From Terriglobales bacterium (GTDB lineage: Bacteria > Acidobacteriota > Terriglobia > Terriglobales > Acidobacteriaceae): 24,000 nt of DNA. Below are positions 1 through 7,520 of this stretch, piece after piece (the stretch's first letter is position 1; the number at the start of each line of letters is the position of its first letter). Made by a program: the position numbers and the translations under genes. Location of the stretch: NCBI GenBank assembly GCA_035601995.1, contig DATNNE010000047.1, forward strand, positions 1 through 24,000. The letters are read 5' to 3'. The notes under the pieces are model-generated. The model saw only the letters and a list, made by a program, of their open reading frames with translations, searched no databases and was not told where the DNA came from.

Positions 1-690
1 TTCTGGCTGGTATTCGGCGGTTGCGGAAGCGCGGTTTTAGCGGCTGCATTTCCGAACCTGGGTATCGGCTTTGCAGGTGTTGCCTTAGCCTTTGGGCTGA
101 CCTTGCTCACCATGGCCTTCACCATCGGGCCTATTTCCGGATGCCACATCAATCCCGCAGTATCGATCGGGCTGGTGGCCGGAGGGCGCTTTCCAGTTTC
201 CGAGCTCCTGCCGTATGTTGTTGCCCAGGTTTTGGGAGCAGTTGTCGGGTCCGGGGTGTTATATGTCATTGCCAGCGGCAAAGAAGGATTCAGCCTGCCC
301 GGAGGATTTGCCTCGAATGGATACGGTGCCCACTCGCCCGGTGGGTACTCGTTGCTGGCGTGCTTCGTCGCAGAGGTTGTGTTGACGCTGTTCTTTCTGC
401 TAGTGATCTTTGGTTCGACGGACGATCGTGCTCCCAAGGGGTTCGCTCCCATCGCTATAGGGTTGTGCCTCACCCTGATCCACCTGATTTCCATTCCCGT
501 CACGAACACTTCCGTCAACCCGGCGCGGAGTACGGGGCCTGCGATTTTCGTGGGGGGATGGGCGGTGGGTCAGTTATGGCTGTTCTGGGTAGCGCCGATT
601 ATTGGGGCCGCCCTGGCCGGCTTAATTTACTCCCGGCTGTTTGCCGAGGGTCCGCAAAAGACAGTTCGAGCCGCCGAGAGGGCGCGCTGA
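1..690 (+). CDS. aqpZ: Aquaporin Z (MIP family water channel), 5' end cut by window edge
   Basis: Frame 1 is open from nt 1 ([55 protein letters not shown]...). Both NPA boxes are present (HINPAVS, SVNPARS). The sequence is nearly colinear with E. coli AqpZ as remembered (..[20 protein letters not shown]..). Stop TGA 688-690. Confidence 0.92.
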   Translation, partial: FWLVFGGCGSAVLAAAFPNLGIGFAGVALAFGLTLLTMAFTIGPISGCHINPAVSIGLVAGGRFPVSELLPYVVAQVLGAVVGSGVLYVIASGKEGFSLPGGFASNGYGAHSPGGYSLLACFVAEVVLTLFFLLVIFGSTDDRAPKGFAPIAIGLCLTLIHLISIPVTNTSVNPARSTGPAIFVGGWAVGQLWLFWVAPIIGAALAGLIYSRLFAEGPQKTVRAAERAR

Positions 691-712
691 CCGCGAATTC
701 ATTCGCGGTCAG
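687..712 (+). terminator. Perfect 12-bp inverted repeat overlapping the aqpZ stop codon (possible terminator or mRNA-stabilising hairpin)
   Basis: CTGACCGCGAAT-tc-ATTCGCGGTCAG. No U-tract follows (atcaacgg), so it is not a canonical intrinsic terminator. Confidence 0.4.
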
Positions 713-1073
713 ATCAACGGAGCAGGCAGGAACGGACCGTCCGCGCGCAAGGCACGGATAAATGGTTCCGTGCTGCAGCAGTAGCCTTTGGGTCTGGGAA
801 CCATCGAGTTTTCAGTTACAGCAGCGGTTTGGTTTGCACCTTGTCGATAGTTTACGAAATCAGGCGATAGCGCAAGTTTGCGCCGTCTGTTCGTCGCCAA
901 AGCGAAGTGGTGTGCTGCGGCGAGGGGGTTTTGAGCGTAATTAGAGACGTTATGCCAACTATGATCCTTCGCTGGTAGTGTCCGATTTAGTGCGTTGATT
1001 GGGTTTTTGGGCTGGACAGCGCCGGAGTTTTCCCGTCCGAGTCTTGGGTGTAGACTGTTGCTAGGAGACTGGC

Positions 1074-1238
1074 ATGGAAGCCGCTCGATTTGTAGCCGTG
1101 TTTGTGTCCATATTTGTGGCCATTTTTTGTGCGTTTATCAGTGCCTTTGATCTAAGCAGAGAACGAAGAAAAGCGGCGCGAGAAAAGCGTATCGCTGAGT
1201 ATAAGATGGCCGCAAGACTCCTGAGATTCAACATCTGA
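1074..1238 (+). CDS. Candidate small membrane protein, 54 aa (below the ORF-track cutoff)
   Basis: ATG 1074 is preceded by AGGAG (1063-1067) with a 6-nt spacer. Translation: MEAARFVAVFVSIFVAIFCAFISAFDLSRERRKAAREKRIAEYKMAARLLRFNI, i.e. one N-terminal TM helix plus a basic amphipathic tail. Stop TGA 1236-1238. No homology could be checked. Confidence 0.35.
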   Translation: MEAARFVAVFVSIFVAIFCAFISAFDLSRERRKAAREKRIAEYKMAARLLRFNI

Positions 1239-1364
1239 GCGTTCCTATTCGGTTGAATGCGATGACCCGGCTCCCCATGCGCCCATTCTGAGCGCCGACG
1301 CAAACCTCGATCAATACGACGTAAAGCGAGTCTGGTAGGGATGGGGAATCCAAAGTCAAGGTCC

Positions 1365-1458
1365 CCCACCCTAACGTCGAAATGCATGACGTAAGGGTGG
1401 GCCACCCTCACCCGTCCTGCTTCCTGACACCCACATCTCGAAAAACGCGAGATGTGGG
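1365..1458. repeat. Two adjacent GC-rich extragenic hairpins (REP-like)
   Basis: Hairpin 1: CCCACCCTAACGTC..GACGTAAGGGTGGG (1365-1401, one A-A mismatch). The arm AGGGTGG can alternatively pair with the following CCACCCT (1402-1408). Hairpin 2: CCCACATCTCG-aaaaacg-CGAGATGTGGG (1430-1458, perfect 11 bp). Confidence 0.5.
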
Positions 1459-1476
1459 GCACCCGCAAGATTCCTA

Positions 1477-1505
1477 TTGACTACCAATCTCTATATATGT
1501 AGAGT
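1477..1505 (+). promoter_or_regulatory. Putative sigma70-type promoter and palindromic operator of the PadR operon; would give a leaderless or near-leaderless mRNA
   Basis: TTGACT (1477-1482), a 17-nt spacer, then TAGAGT (1500-1505). The ATG at 1512 lies only 6 nt after the -10 and has no SD. Inverted repeat CTCTA-tatatg-TAGAG (1489-1504) overlaps the -10. Confidence 0.3.
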
Positions 1506-1511
1506 TAAGCC

Positions 1512-1823
1512 ATGAAATTGCGCAAGTCTCCTCAGACTTCGATCGTGCTGGCTGAATTTCTGCATGGGCCGCACGACTGGAAATACGGATACGACATCAG
1601 CCGCAATACGGGATTGAAGTCTGGAACGTTATATCCGATCCTCATGCGCTTGGCCGAACGCAAGCTGCTGGCTACGCGCTGGGAGACGCCAGAAGCTGGT
1701 AAGCCTCCCCGACACATGTACAAATTGACGGCCGATGGAGTCGCGTATGCGCGCGAGCATGCGCATTCGCCGGTGAAGCATCGTCTCTCGCGACCCGCAT
1801 TCAGTGGGGTGAAACACGGATGA
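1512..1823 (+). CDS. PadR-family winged-helix transcriptional regulator (103 aa)
   Basis: Signature YGYDISRNTGLKSGTLYPILMRLAERKLLATRWE...GKPPRHMYKLTADG matches the PadR wHTH pattern (GY.I......SGTLYP.L.RLE..G.L...W......R..Y.LT..G). Confidence 0.85.
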   Translation: MKLRKSPQTSIVLAEFLHGPHDWKYGYDISRNTGLKSGTLYPILMRLAERKLLATRWETPEAGKPPRHMYKLTADGVAYAREHAHSPVKHRLSRPAFSGVKHG

Positions 1824-2536
1824 CCATGATTCGAAAGAAGACGATTCGAAAGAAGACGATTCGAAAATTCGCCATGAAAGTATTGAACGCCGCGGCTCGC
1901 CACGCTGCGCCGGGAACGCGGGATTGGGTTAACGCCATGTCGCGGGAGATGGACTTCATCGAAAACGATTGGGCTGCATTGTGGTGGGCGCTGGGCAGCA
2001 CGCGGATTCTTTTCAAACGCCAATATGTTCCGCTGGCCGACTTGTCGGGGATTCCGAGGGCGGCGCAATGCCTTACCAAGACGGTTCGCCGGAGAACGAT
2101 CAGCGGCTTGGTCATCACCTTAACGGAGGCCGTCTTCTTCGGATATTTCTTCTTCGGGGTTTCGACAGCGATGCTGCGCATCGGGTCGGCGCTCACCGTT
2201 GCCGCCATGCTCTACATGGCTTACCAGCTCTACGCGCGGCGCGCGGCGCAGCCGCCGCTCGATACAGCTTCTGCAACCTTCGCCTATCGGGTGGAACTGG
2301 AGCGGCAACGCGAGTTCCACTGCGGCTCATGGTTCTGGTCGCGGTTCATCGCGTTTCTTCCCGGGCCTATTCTGTTTTGCGTGGGCGCGATTATTGCGCA
2401 ACCAGAGTCCGCCCGCGCCTACGCTACAATCCTGGCTGGGTTCGTCGTTCTTTCCATCTGGGCTGTGCAGCTCAATCTCAGCCAGGCGCGCAAGTACCAG
2501 CGCCGTCTCGACGAATTAGAGGCGCTGCAGAGGTAG
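1820..2536 (+). CDS. PadR-associated integral membrane protein (about 5 TM), function unknown
   Basis: Its ATG overlaps the PadR stop (ATGA 1820-1823). Hydrophobic segments: WAALWWALGSTRILF, ISGLVITLTEAVFFGYFFFGV, IGSALTVAAMLYMAYQLY, FWSRFIAFLPGPILFCVGAII, YATILAGFVVLSIWAVQL. Alternative in-frame ATGs at 1826 and 1874. Confidence 0.65.
   Translation: MTMIRKKTIRKKTIRKFAMKVLNAAARHAAPGTRDWVNAMSREMDFIENDWAALWWALGSTRILFKRQYVPLADLSGIPRAAQCLTKTVRRRTISGLVITLTEAVFFGYFFFGVSTAMLRIGSALTVAAMLYMAYQLYARRAAQPPLDTASATFAYRVELERQREFHCGSWFWSRFIAFLPGPILFCVGAIIAQPESARAYATILAGFVVLSIWAVQLNLSQARKYQRRLDELEALQR
1828..1866 (+). repeat. In-frame 15-bp tandem repeat, 2.6 copies (GATTCGAAAGAAGAC)
   Basis: gattcgaaagaagac gattcgaaagaagac gattcgaaa. 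It encodes IRKKT-IRKKT-IRK at the extreme N-terminus of the membrane protein. Confidence 0.9.
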
Positions 2537-2639
2537 GCAGATTGCTCGTTCACGGCTTTTGACTCCGCTGTTATGAGCGAACATCAAATACACTTCGTCC
2601 GGCCAGGAAGATCTTCTGCGGTTGCTTGGAGACTGCGAG

Positions 2640-2679
2640 TTGACGGGCGGTCCCGGATTAGCTAACATAGGTTAGCTAA
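2640..2679 (+). promoter_or_regulatory. Toxin-antitoxin promoter with twin palindromic operator
   Basis: TTGACG (2640-2645), a 17-nt spacer, then TAACAT (2663-2668). Two copies of the self-complementary octamer TTAGCTAA (2658-2665, 2672-2679) together form TTAGCTAAC-atag-GTTAGCTAA and straddle the -10. Confidence 0.5.
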
Positions 2680-2688
2680 ACGCGAGAC

Positions 2689-2919
2689 ATGGAAACAATC
2701 ACTATTCACAAGGCGAAGACTCAGCTGTCGCGGCTGATCAAAAAGGCTTGCCGGGGAGAGGAAATTGTCATCGCGCGGGGCTCGAAGCCGGTGGTTCGGT
2801 TGGTGGCGATCGAGGATGCGCGGGGCAATCGCAAGCCGGGCGCCTTGAAGGGAAAAATTCATGCTGGTCCTGAGTTCTTTGAGCCTTTGCCGCCCGATGA
2901 ACTGGAGCGGTGGGAGTAG
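2689..2919 (+). CDS. Type II antitoxin, Phd/YefM-like (76 aa)
   Basis: METITIHKAKTQLSRLIKKACRGEEIVIARGSKPVVRLVAIE.. is the typical Phd/YefM N-terminal pattern (..AK..LS.L......GE.V.I...GKPVA.LV). It lies 6 nt upstream of a PIN-domain gene. Confidence 0.85.
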   Translation: METITIHKAKTQLSRLIKKACRGEEIVIARGSKPVVRLVAIEDARGNRKPGALKGKIHAGPEFFEPLPPDELERWE

Positions 2920-2925
2920 AGCAGA

Positions 2926-3312
2926 ATGCGCCTTCTGCTCGACACTCACACCCTGTTGTGGTGGTTGGAAGAGAATCCCTCTTTGCCACGTTCCGCGCGC
3001 AAACTTATCGCAAGTAAAAGCAACGATGTCCTCATAAGCGCCGCTTCCGCCTGGGAAATTGCCACGAAAGTGCGCTTGGGAAAGCTTCCGATTGCCATCG
3101 ACCTGGCTCGCGATTTCGGCGCCTATCTTGAGCGGGAGCGATTCGAAACTCTTGCAGCCAGCGCCGAACACGGCATTCGGGCTGGATTGCTGCCGGGACC
3201 GCACAAGGATCCGTTCGACCGCATGTTGATTGCTCAAGCGCTCGCCGAGAATCTAGTGATTGTGAGCAACGATGTTGTGTTCGACGGGTACGGCGTCAAG
3301 CGGGCCTGGTAA
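2926..3312 (+). CDS. vapC: VapC-family PIN-domain ribonuclease toxin (128 aa)
   Basis: MRLLLDTHTLLWW.. gives the first acidic residue (LLDTH). Also present: SAASAWEIATK, DPFDRMLIAQA and VSNDVVF, the conserved PIN acidic quartet context. Confidence 0.9.
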   Translation: MRLLLDTHTLLWWLEENPSLPRSARKLIASKSNDVLISAASAWEIATKVRLGKLPIAIDLARDFGAYLERERFETLAASAEHGIRAGLLPGPHKDPFDRMLIAQALAENLVIVSNDVVFDGYGVKRAW

Positions 3313-3335
3313 GTGAGCGGCGAAAAGCATTAGTA

Positions 3336-3360
3336 GTCATCCTGAGCCACGCGAAGGATC
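3336..3360. repeat. Short hairpin repeat, family A (GTCATCC..GAAGGATC type), between convergent genes
   Basis: GTCATCCTGAGCCACGCGAAGGATC. Related copies in reverse orientation lie at 7452-7482 and 10881-10906. This one abuts the nuclease stop codon. Confidence 0.45.
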
Positions 3361-3893
3361 TATGCATTTTCCCGGCCCGCGCGGACCTCCGGCTTTTTCC
3401 CCCCACCCGACTTGCGATTCGACTTCATCAACCACCACGCCTCCCGATACTTCTCCCATTTCGCTCGTCCCCTCTGGCTGCCATTGGGATAGAAATACAG
3501 CGATCGCCGCCCTTTGATCGCCCCAATAGGAATCACGTACCACGCGTCCTCGGGAATCAGGTACACCACAATCAGGTCAATTTCGTCCTTGGTGTAAAGG
3601 TCGACATCGCGTCTTCTGCTGCCGTGGGCGTGTATCGCATAATGACGATGGCAAAGCCTCGAGGTCGACTTCACTTGCACCCGCCACACCCGCCTTCCGG
3701 AAGTGATAATGAAGTCGAAGCGTTCGGTTTCGCCATAGGGTTTCGAAACCCCCAGACCTAGGCCGGCCGCCTTGCACATAAACGCCAACTCGGCCAATTC
3801 TCCCTGACGTTTTTTGTAGAGGCATTCCGGCAGATTCCTGCTCGTGCGTCGTGGCGCGGATTGCAAGGGGCGACTTTCAGATTGTTTTTTCAT
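3360..3893 (-). CDS. PD-(D/E)XK-fold endonuclease, resembling the group-I-intron-associated PDDEXK_5 type (177 aa from ATG 3893)
   Basis: GELAELAFMCKAAGLGLGVSKPYGETERFDFIITSGRRVWRVQVKS fits the pattern G...E......L...G..V..P.G...r.D.I......l.RVQVK. The C-terminal part (DLIVVYLIPEDAWYVIPIGAI.GRRSLYFYP) is also typical. The track ORF extends to 4001 only via a TTG. ATG 3893 is preferred but has no clear SD. Confidence 0.65.
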   Translation of the reverse strand: MKKQSESRPLQSAPRRTSRNLPECLYKKRQGELAELAFMCKAAGLGLGVSKPYGETERFDFIITSGRRVWRVQVKSTSRLCHRHYAIHAHGSRRRDVDLYTKDEIDLIVVYLIPEDAWYVIPIGAIKGRRSLYFYPNGSQRGRAKWEKYREAWWLMKSNRKSGGGKKPEVRAGRENA

Positions 3894-3996
3894 GGTGCAA
3901 ATGAGGGCGTCAGCGGTTAGGCCGCGCCGGATCTTTGTCTCCTGGAGATTCAGATTGTGTTCGGGATTTCGGGCTGGACGTGTCCGCAGAATCGCG

Positions 3997-4033
3997 GACA
4001 AACAAAAAGGCGCGGGGTCTGAAACCCGCGCCT
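3997..4033 (-). terminator. Canonical rho-independent terminator oriented on the minus strand, with no annotated gene to terminate
   Basis: The minus strand reads AGGCGCGGG-tttcagac-CCCGCGCCT followed by TTTTTGTTTGT. On the plus strand no T-run follows the stem. Confidence 0.6.
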
Positions 4034-4180
4034 GAATACCTACTCTTCTAGAATAGCAGGTTGAATAAGGTAACTATGACATGGTTTTCAACTTTATTGT
4101 GGCCATGGAATGAGCAACTTGCGGGAAAAACGGGGGTCTGGGGGGCTTGACAAGATTTTGGCTTATCACCGATCCACCCA

Positions 4181-4264
4181 TTAAACCACGAAGGCTACGA
4201 AAGTACGCAGACGACGTAAATCCTCGCATTCCCTCCGTGTAACTCTGCGTCCTTTGTGGTTAAT
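4181..4264. repeat. Long nested hairpin, family B (CCACGAAGG...CCTTTGTGG type)
   Basis: Outer stem AACCACGAAGG (4184-4194) pairs with CCTTTGTGGTT (4251-4261), with one G-U. Inner stem ACGCAGA pairs with TCTGCGT. A related TCCTTTGTGG arm lies at 21035-21044. Confidence 0.5.
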
Positions 4265-4351
4265 GAATTAGGGCTCCGATACCTACCCCTCTCCGTTCGC
4301 TGGCCGATATTCCCCGATCACTGCTAATCCTATGCGGTTCTTGGGCTTACG

Positions 4352-4380
4352 TTGACCAAATTGGTTCTTTCGGGTAGCTT
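4352..4380 (+). promoter_or_regulatory. Putative promoter of the hopanoid supraoperon
   Basis: TTGACC (4352-4357), a 17-nt spacer, then TAGCTT (4375-4380), about 25-50 nt upstream of the ispH start candidates. Sequence match only. Confidence 0.3.
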
Positions 4381-4428
4381 AAATAGATAAACCATAGTGG
4401 GGAAGTGTACCCTTATAGGAACCCTATC

Positions 4429-5406
4429 GTGCCTACTAGCAATGGCAAGACGCTGCTTTTATTGAAGCCCCGGGGATTTTGTGCGGGGGTGGTGCGGGCG
4501 ATTGATATTGTCCGGATTGCCTTGGAGGCTTTTGGGCCGCCGATCTATGTCCGCAAGGAGATCGTGCACAACCGTTTTGTGGTCGAGGAACTGCAAGGCA
4601 AGGGCGCGATTTTCGTCGACAGCGTGGACGAGGTTCCTCCCGGCGAGCGGGTGATTTATAGCGCCCATGGAGTTTCGCCGGAGGTGCGGCAAGCCAGTCA
4701 GGCGCGCGATTTGCGGGTGATTGATGCGACCTGTCCGCTGGTCACGAAGGTTCACGTGGAGGCGGTCAAATTTGCCAAGGAAGGCTATTCGCTCATCCTG
4801 ATTGGGCATCACGACCACGACGAAGTGATTGGAACTTTGGGCGAGGCTCCGGTTGTGACGCAGGTGGTGGGTTCGCCGGAGCAGGTGAAGTCACTGACCG
4901 TGCCAAATCCCGACCGCGTGGCGTATCTCACCCAAACTACGCTGAGTCTTGACGAGACCAAGGACATTATTGCCGCACTGCGCGCGAGGTTCCCGAATAT
5001 CAAAGGGCCGGCGGCGCAGGACATTTGCTATGCGACGGAAAACCGGCAGGTCGCGGTGAAGCATGTGGCCTCGGATGCGGATCTGCTGTTGGTCGTGGGG
5101 TCGGATAACAGTTCGAATTCGAATCGACTGGTGGAAGTAGCGCGCAACCTGGGCACGAGTTCGCATCTAATAGACAGCTTCCAAAACATCAGGCCGGAGT
5201 GGCTGGAAGGCGTGAAGACCATTGCTTTGACGGCCGGAGCTTCGGCTCCGGAATGCCTGGTGGAAGAAGTGGTGAAGTTTTTGACCAGCAAGGGCTTCGG
5301 CAACGTGCAGGAAGTCGAAGTCATGCCCGAAAACGTGCGCTTTGGCTTGCCTCCCGAGATTGTGGAGGCGATTGCCAGCGCCCCCAGCGCGGTTAGTGCG
5401 GAGTAA
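4429..5406 (+). CDS. ispH: 4-hydroxy-3-methylbut-2-enyl diphosphate reductase (IspH/LytB)
   Basis: KPRGFCAGVVRAIDIV, VHNRFVVEEL, AHGVSPEV, DATCPLVTKVH and SSNSNRLVEVA are IspH hallmarks. GTG 4429 has AGGA 8 nt upstream. The track start GTG 4405 is possible, but its G-rich box is only 1 nt away. Confidence 0.9.
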   Translation: MPTSNGKTLLLLKPRGFCAGVVRAIDIVRIALEAFGPPIYVRKEIVHNRFVVEELQGKGAIFVDSVDEVPPGERVIYSAHGVSPEVRQASQARDLRVIDATCPLVTKVHVEAVKFAKEGYSLILIGHHDHDEVIGTLGEAPVVTQVVGSPEQVKSLTVPNPDRVAYLTQTTLSLDETKDIIAALRARFPNIKGPAAQDICYATENRQVAVKHVASDADLLLVVGSDNSSNSNRLVEVARNLGTSSHLIDSFQNIRPEWLEGVKTIALTAGASAPECLVEEVVKFLTSKGFGNVQEVEVMPENVRFGLPPEIVEAIASAPSAVSAE

Positions 5407-5418
5407 AGAATTAAACAT

Positions 5419-7410
5419 ATGGACGAAAACTCCCCCTCGTTTTCGGCGTCAAGTGCGCCGCTATTGCGCTTTGGAAAAATAGACGATCTCTCCAGCCGGG
5501 TTGCAGCCGCAGTCGATGGCGCGCGTAAGTTTTTATTCTCCCAGCAGCACGAAGAAGGCTACTGGTGCGGCGAGTTGGTCGCCGACACGACTTTAGAATC
5601 CGACTACATTCTGCTGCACACGCTGCTTGGCACGGGCGATCCGGTGCGCTTTCAGAAGTGTTGCAACTGGATCCTCCAACACCAAAACGAAGACGGCGGC
5701 TGGGGCATTTACGTAGACGCCCCGTCCAACGTCTCAGCCAGCGCAAAAAGTTATTTTGCGCTGAAGCTTAGCGGTTATAAACCCGATCACCCGGCTTTAG
5801 TGCGGGCGCGGGCGCGGATTCTTGAGATGGGCGGGGTGACTGAGGTCAATACTTTCACCAAGATTTATTTGTGTTTTCTGGGGCAGTTCGATTACGACGC
5901 GGTGCCCGCGATTCCGCCGGAGATCGTGCTGTTTCCCAAATGGTTCTGGTTCAATATTTACGAAATTTCTTCATGGTCGCGGGCGATTCTGGTTCCGCTT
6001 TCGATCTGCTATGCGAAAAAGCCGTTCAAGAAAATTCCTGACGACATGGGAGTGGAGGAATTATTTGTCGGCGGCCGCGACAAGTCGCGGATGCATCTGC
6101 ACTGGTCGAAGAAGCTGATCTCTTGGCGCAACTTCTTTTTGGTTTTCGACCGGCTCACGCATTGGTTCGAGATGGTACACGTTCGTCCGTTGCGCTGGCT
6201 GGCGCTCAAGCGGGCGGAGCAATGGATGCTGGAACGCTTCGAAATGAGCGATGGCTTGGGCGCGATCTATCCGTCGATGCTGAATGCCATTATCGCGCTG
6301 CGATGCTTGGGCTACTCGCTGGATGATCCGCAAGTGATTCGCGCCCTGGATGAATTCGAGAAGCTCGGAATCGAAGAAGGCGATACTTTCCGGATGCAGC
6401 CTTGCATGTCGCCGATTTGGGACACGGCGTATGCCATGTTTGCGCTGGGCGAAGCTGGCGTTCCGGCCAATGATCCACGGATGATCAAGTGCGCCGATTG
6501 GATTCTGCAGAAGCAGGTTCGCACCGTCGGCGATTGGAAAGTGAAGAACAAGGAAGGACAGCCGGGCGGCTGGTACTTCGAGTTCAACAACGAGTTTTAT
6601 CCGGATGTAGACGACAGCGCGATGGTTTGCCTCGGCTTGGGTCAAGTGGAACATCCCAACGGCCGCTATCAGCGCGAGTCTGTGCAGCGAGCCATCGACT
6701 GGATTTTCTCGATGCAATGCAAATCGGGCGGTTGGGCGTCGTTCGACAAGGACAACACGCGGATGGTGTTTGAGCACATTCCTTTCGCCGACCACAACGC
6801 CATGCTCGATCCACCGACGGTGGACATCACGGGGCGTATTCTTGAGATGCTCGCAGCATACGGATACGACAAGAACGATGCCCGCGTGAAGAAGGCGTTG
6901 AAGTTCATTCGCGAAGAGCAGGAGCCCGATGGATCGTGGTTCGGGCGTTGGGGCGTGAACTACATTTACGGCACGATGCAGGTGCTGCGCGGCCTGGAAG
7001 CGATGGGCATCGATCACCATGAGCCATATGTGCAGCAGGGTGCGGAGTGGCTGCGCATGGTGCAGAATGCGGACGGCGGTTGGGGCGAGACTTGTGGTTC
7101 GTACGACGATCCCAACACCCGCGGCGTGGGGCCAAGCACGCCTTCCCAGACCGCCTGGGGAGTGATGGGATTGCTGGCGGCGAACGATACCCGAAGTGAT
7201 TCGGTGGCGCGTGGGATTGCGTATTTGCTGCGCACGCAGAAAAAGAATGGCGGATGGGATGAGCCGCAGACTACGGGCACGGGTTTCCCGCGAGTGTTTT
7301 ATCTGACTTATACGTTGTACCGGCAGTATTTCCCGCTGATCGCGTTGACGACTTACGCCAAGGCGATGGTGGGGGCGGCGCAGGGAACGGGCGTGCGGCG
7401 GATTGGGTAG
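5419..7410 (+). CDS. shc: Squalene-hopene cyclase
   Basis: 663 aa. Catalytic DxDD motif present (YPDVDDSAMV). Multiple QW repeats (QNEDGGWG, QCKSGGWASF, QEPDGSWFGRWG, QNADGGWGE, QKKNGGWDE). Confidence 0.95.
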   Translation: MDENSPSFSASSAPLLRFGKIDDLSSRVAAAVDGARKFLFSQQHEEGYWCGELVADTTLESDYILLHTLLGTGDPVRFQKCCNWILQHQNEDGGWGIYVDAPSNVSASAKSYFALKLSGYKPDHPALVRARARILEMGGVTEVNTFTKIYLCFLGQFDYDAVPAIPPEIVLFPKWFWFNIYEISSWSRAILVPLSICYAKKPFKKIPDDMGVEELFVGGRDKSRMHLHWSKKLISWRNFFLVFDRLTHWFEMVHVRPLRWLALKRAEQWMLERFEMSDGLGAIYPSMLNAIIALRCLGYSLDDPQVIRALDEFEKLGIEEGDTFRMQPCMSPIWDTAYAMFALGEAGVPANDPRMIKCADWILQKQVRTVGDWKVKNKEGQPGGWYFEFNNEFYPDVDDSAMVCLGLGQVEHPNGRYQRESVQRAIDWIFSMQCKSGGWASFDKDNTRMVFEHIPFADHNAMLDPPTVDITGRILEMLAAYGYDKNDARVKKALKFIREEQEPDGSWFGRWGVNYIYGTMQVLRGLEAMGIDHHEPYVQQGAEWLRMVQNADGGWGETCGSYDDPNTRGVGPSTPSQTAWGVMGLLAANDTRSDSVARGIAYLLRTQKKNGGWDEPQTTGTGFPRVFYLTYTLYRQYFPLIALTTYAKAMVGAAQGTGVRRIG

Positions 7411-7451
7411 TTGGCGAGGATCGGTTTCCTGGTGCTGGCGGGCGAGAAGCA

Positions 7452-7482
7452 GATTCCTCGTTGCTTCGCTCCTCGGAATGAC
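7452..7482. repeat. Short hairpin repeat, family A, in the shc-hpnH spacer
   Basis: GATTCCTCGTTGCTTCGCTCCTCGGAATGAC. Its reverse complement (GTCATTCCGAGGAGCGAAGCAACGAGGAATC) matches the pattern of 3336-3360. Confidence 0.45.
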
Positions 7483-7520
7483 AAGATTGGTGGATTAGGG
7501 CGGTACGGGGGAGAAGACGA

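Noticed and set aside
21-761. 246-aa plus-strand ORF overlapping aqpZ in another frame
   Set aside because: The aqpZ frame carries both NPA boxes. The alternative frame is Arg/Cys-rich with no motif.
1061-1468. 135-aa minus-strand ORF between aqpZ and padR
   Set aside because: It runs through the two REP-like hairpins and is antisense to the SD-preceded 54-aa sORF. It has no SD, and its composition is dictated by the palindromes.
2662-3237. 191-aa minus-strand ORF across the antitoxin/vapC pair
   Set aside because: It is antisense to two genes with clear family signatures and an upstream operator/promoter.
3894-4001. N-terminal 36-codon extension of the PD-(D/E)XK ORF
   Set aside because: The extension depends on a TTG start that abuts the terminator T-tract. 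The nuclease domain begins well after the internal ATG at 3893.
4074-4229. 51-aa minus-strand ORF upstream of the orphan terminator
   Set aside because: The GGAGG is only 2 nt from the ATG. The peptide is Pro/Arg-rich and is encoded through a REP-like hairpin. More likely this is non-coding RNA than a gene.
6061-7020. 319-aa ORF on the minus strand inside shc
   Set aside because: It is fully antisense to a gene with unambiguous SHC motifs. The Arg/His/Ala-rich composition is typical of spurious antisense ORFs in GC-rich DNA.
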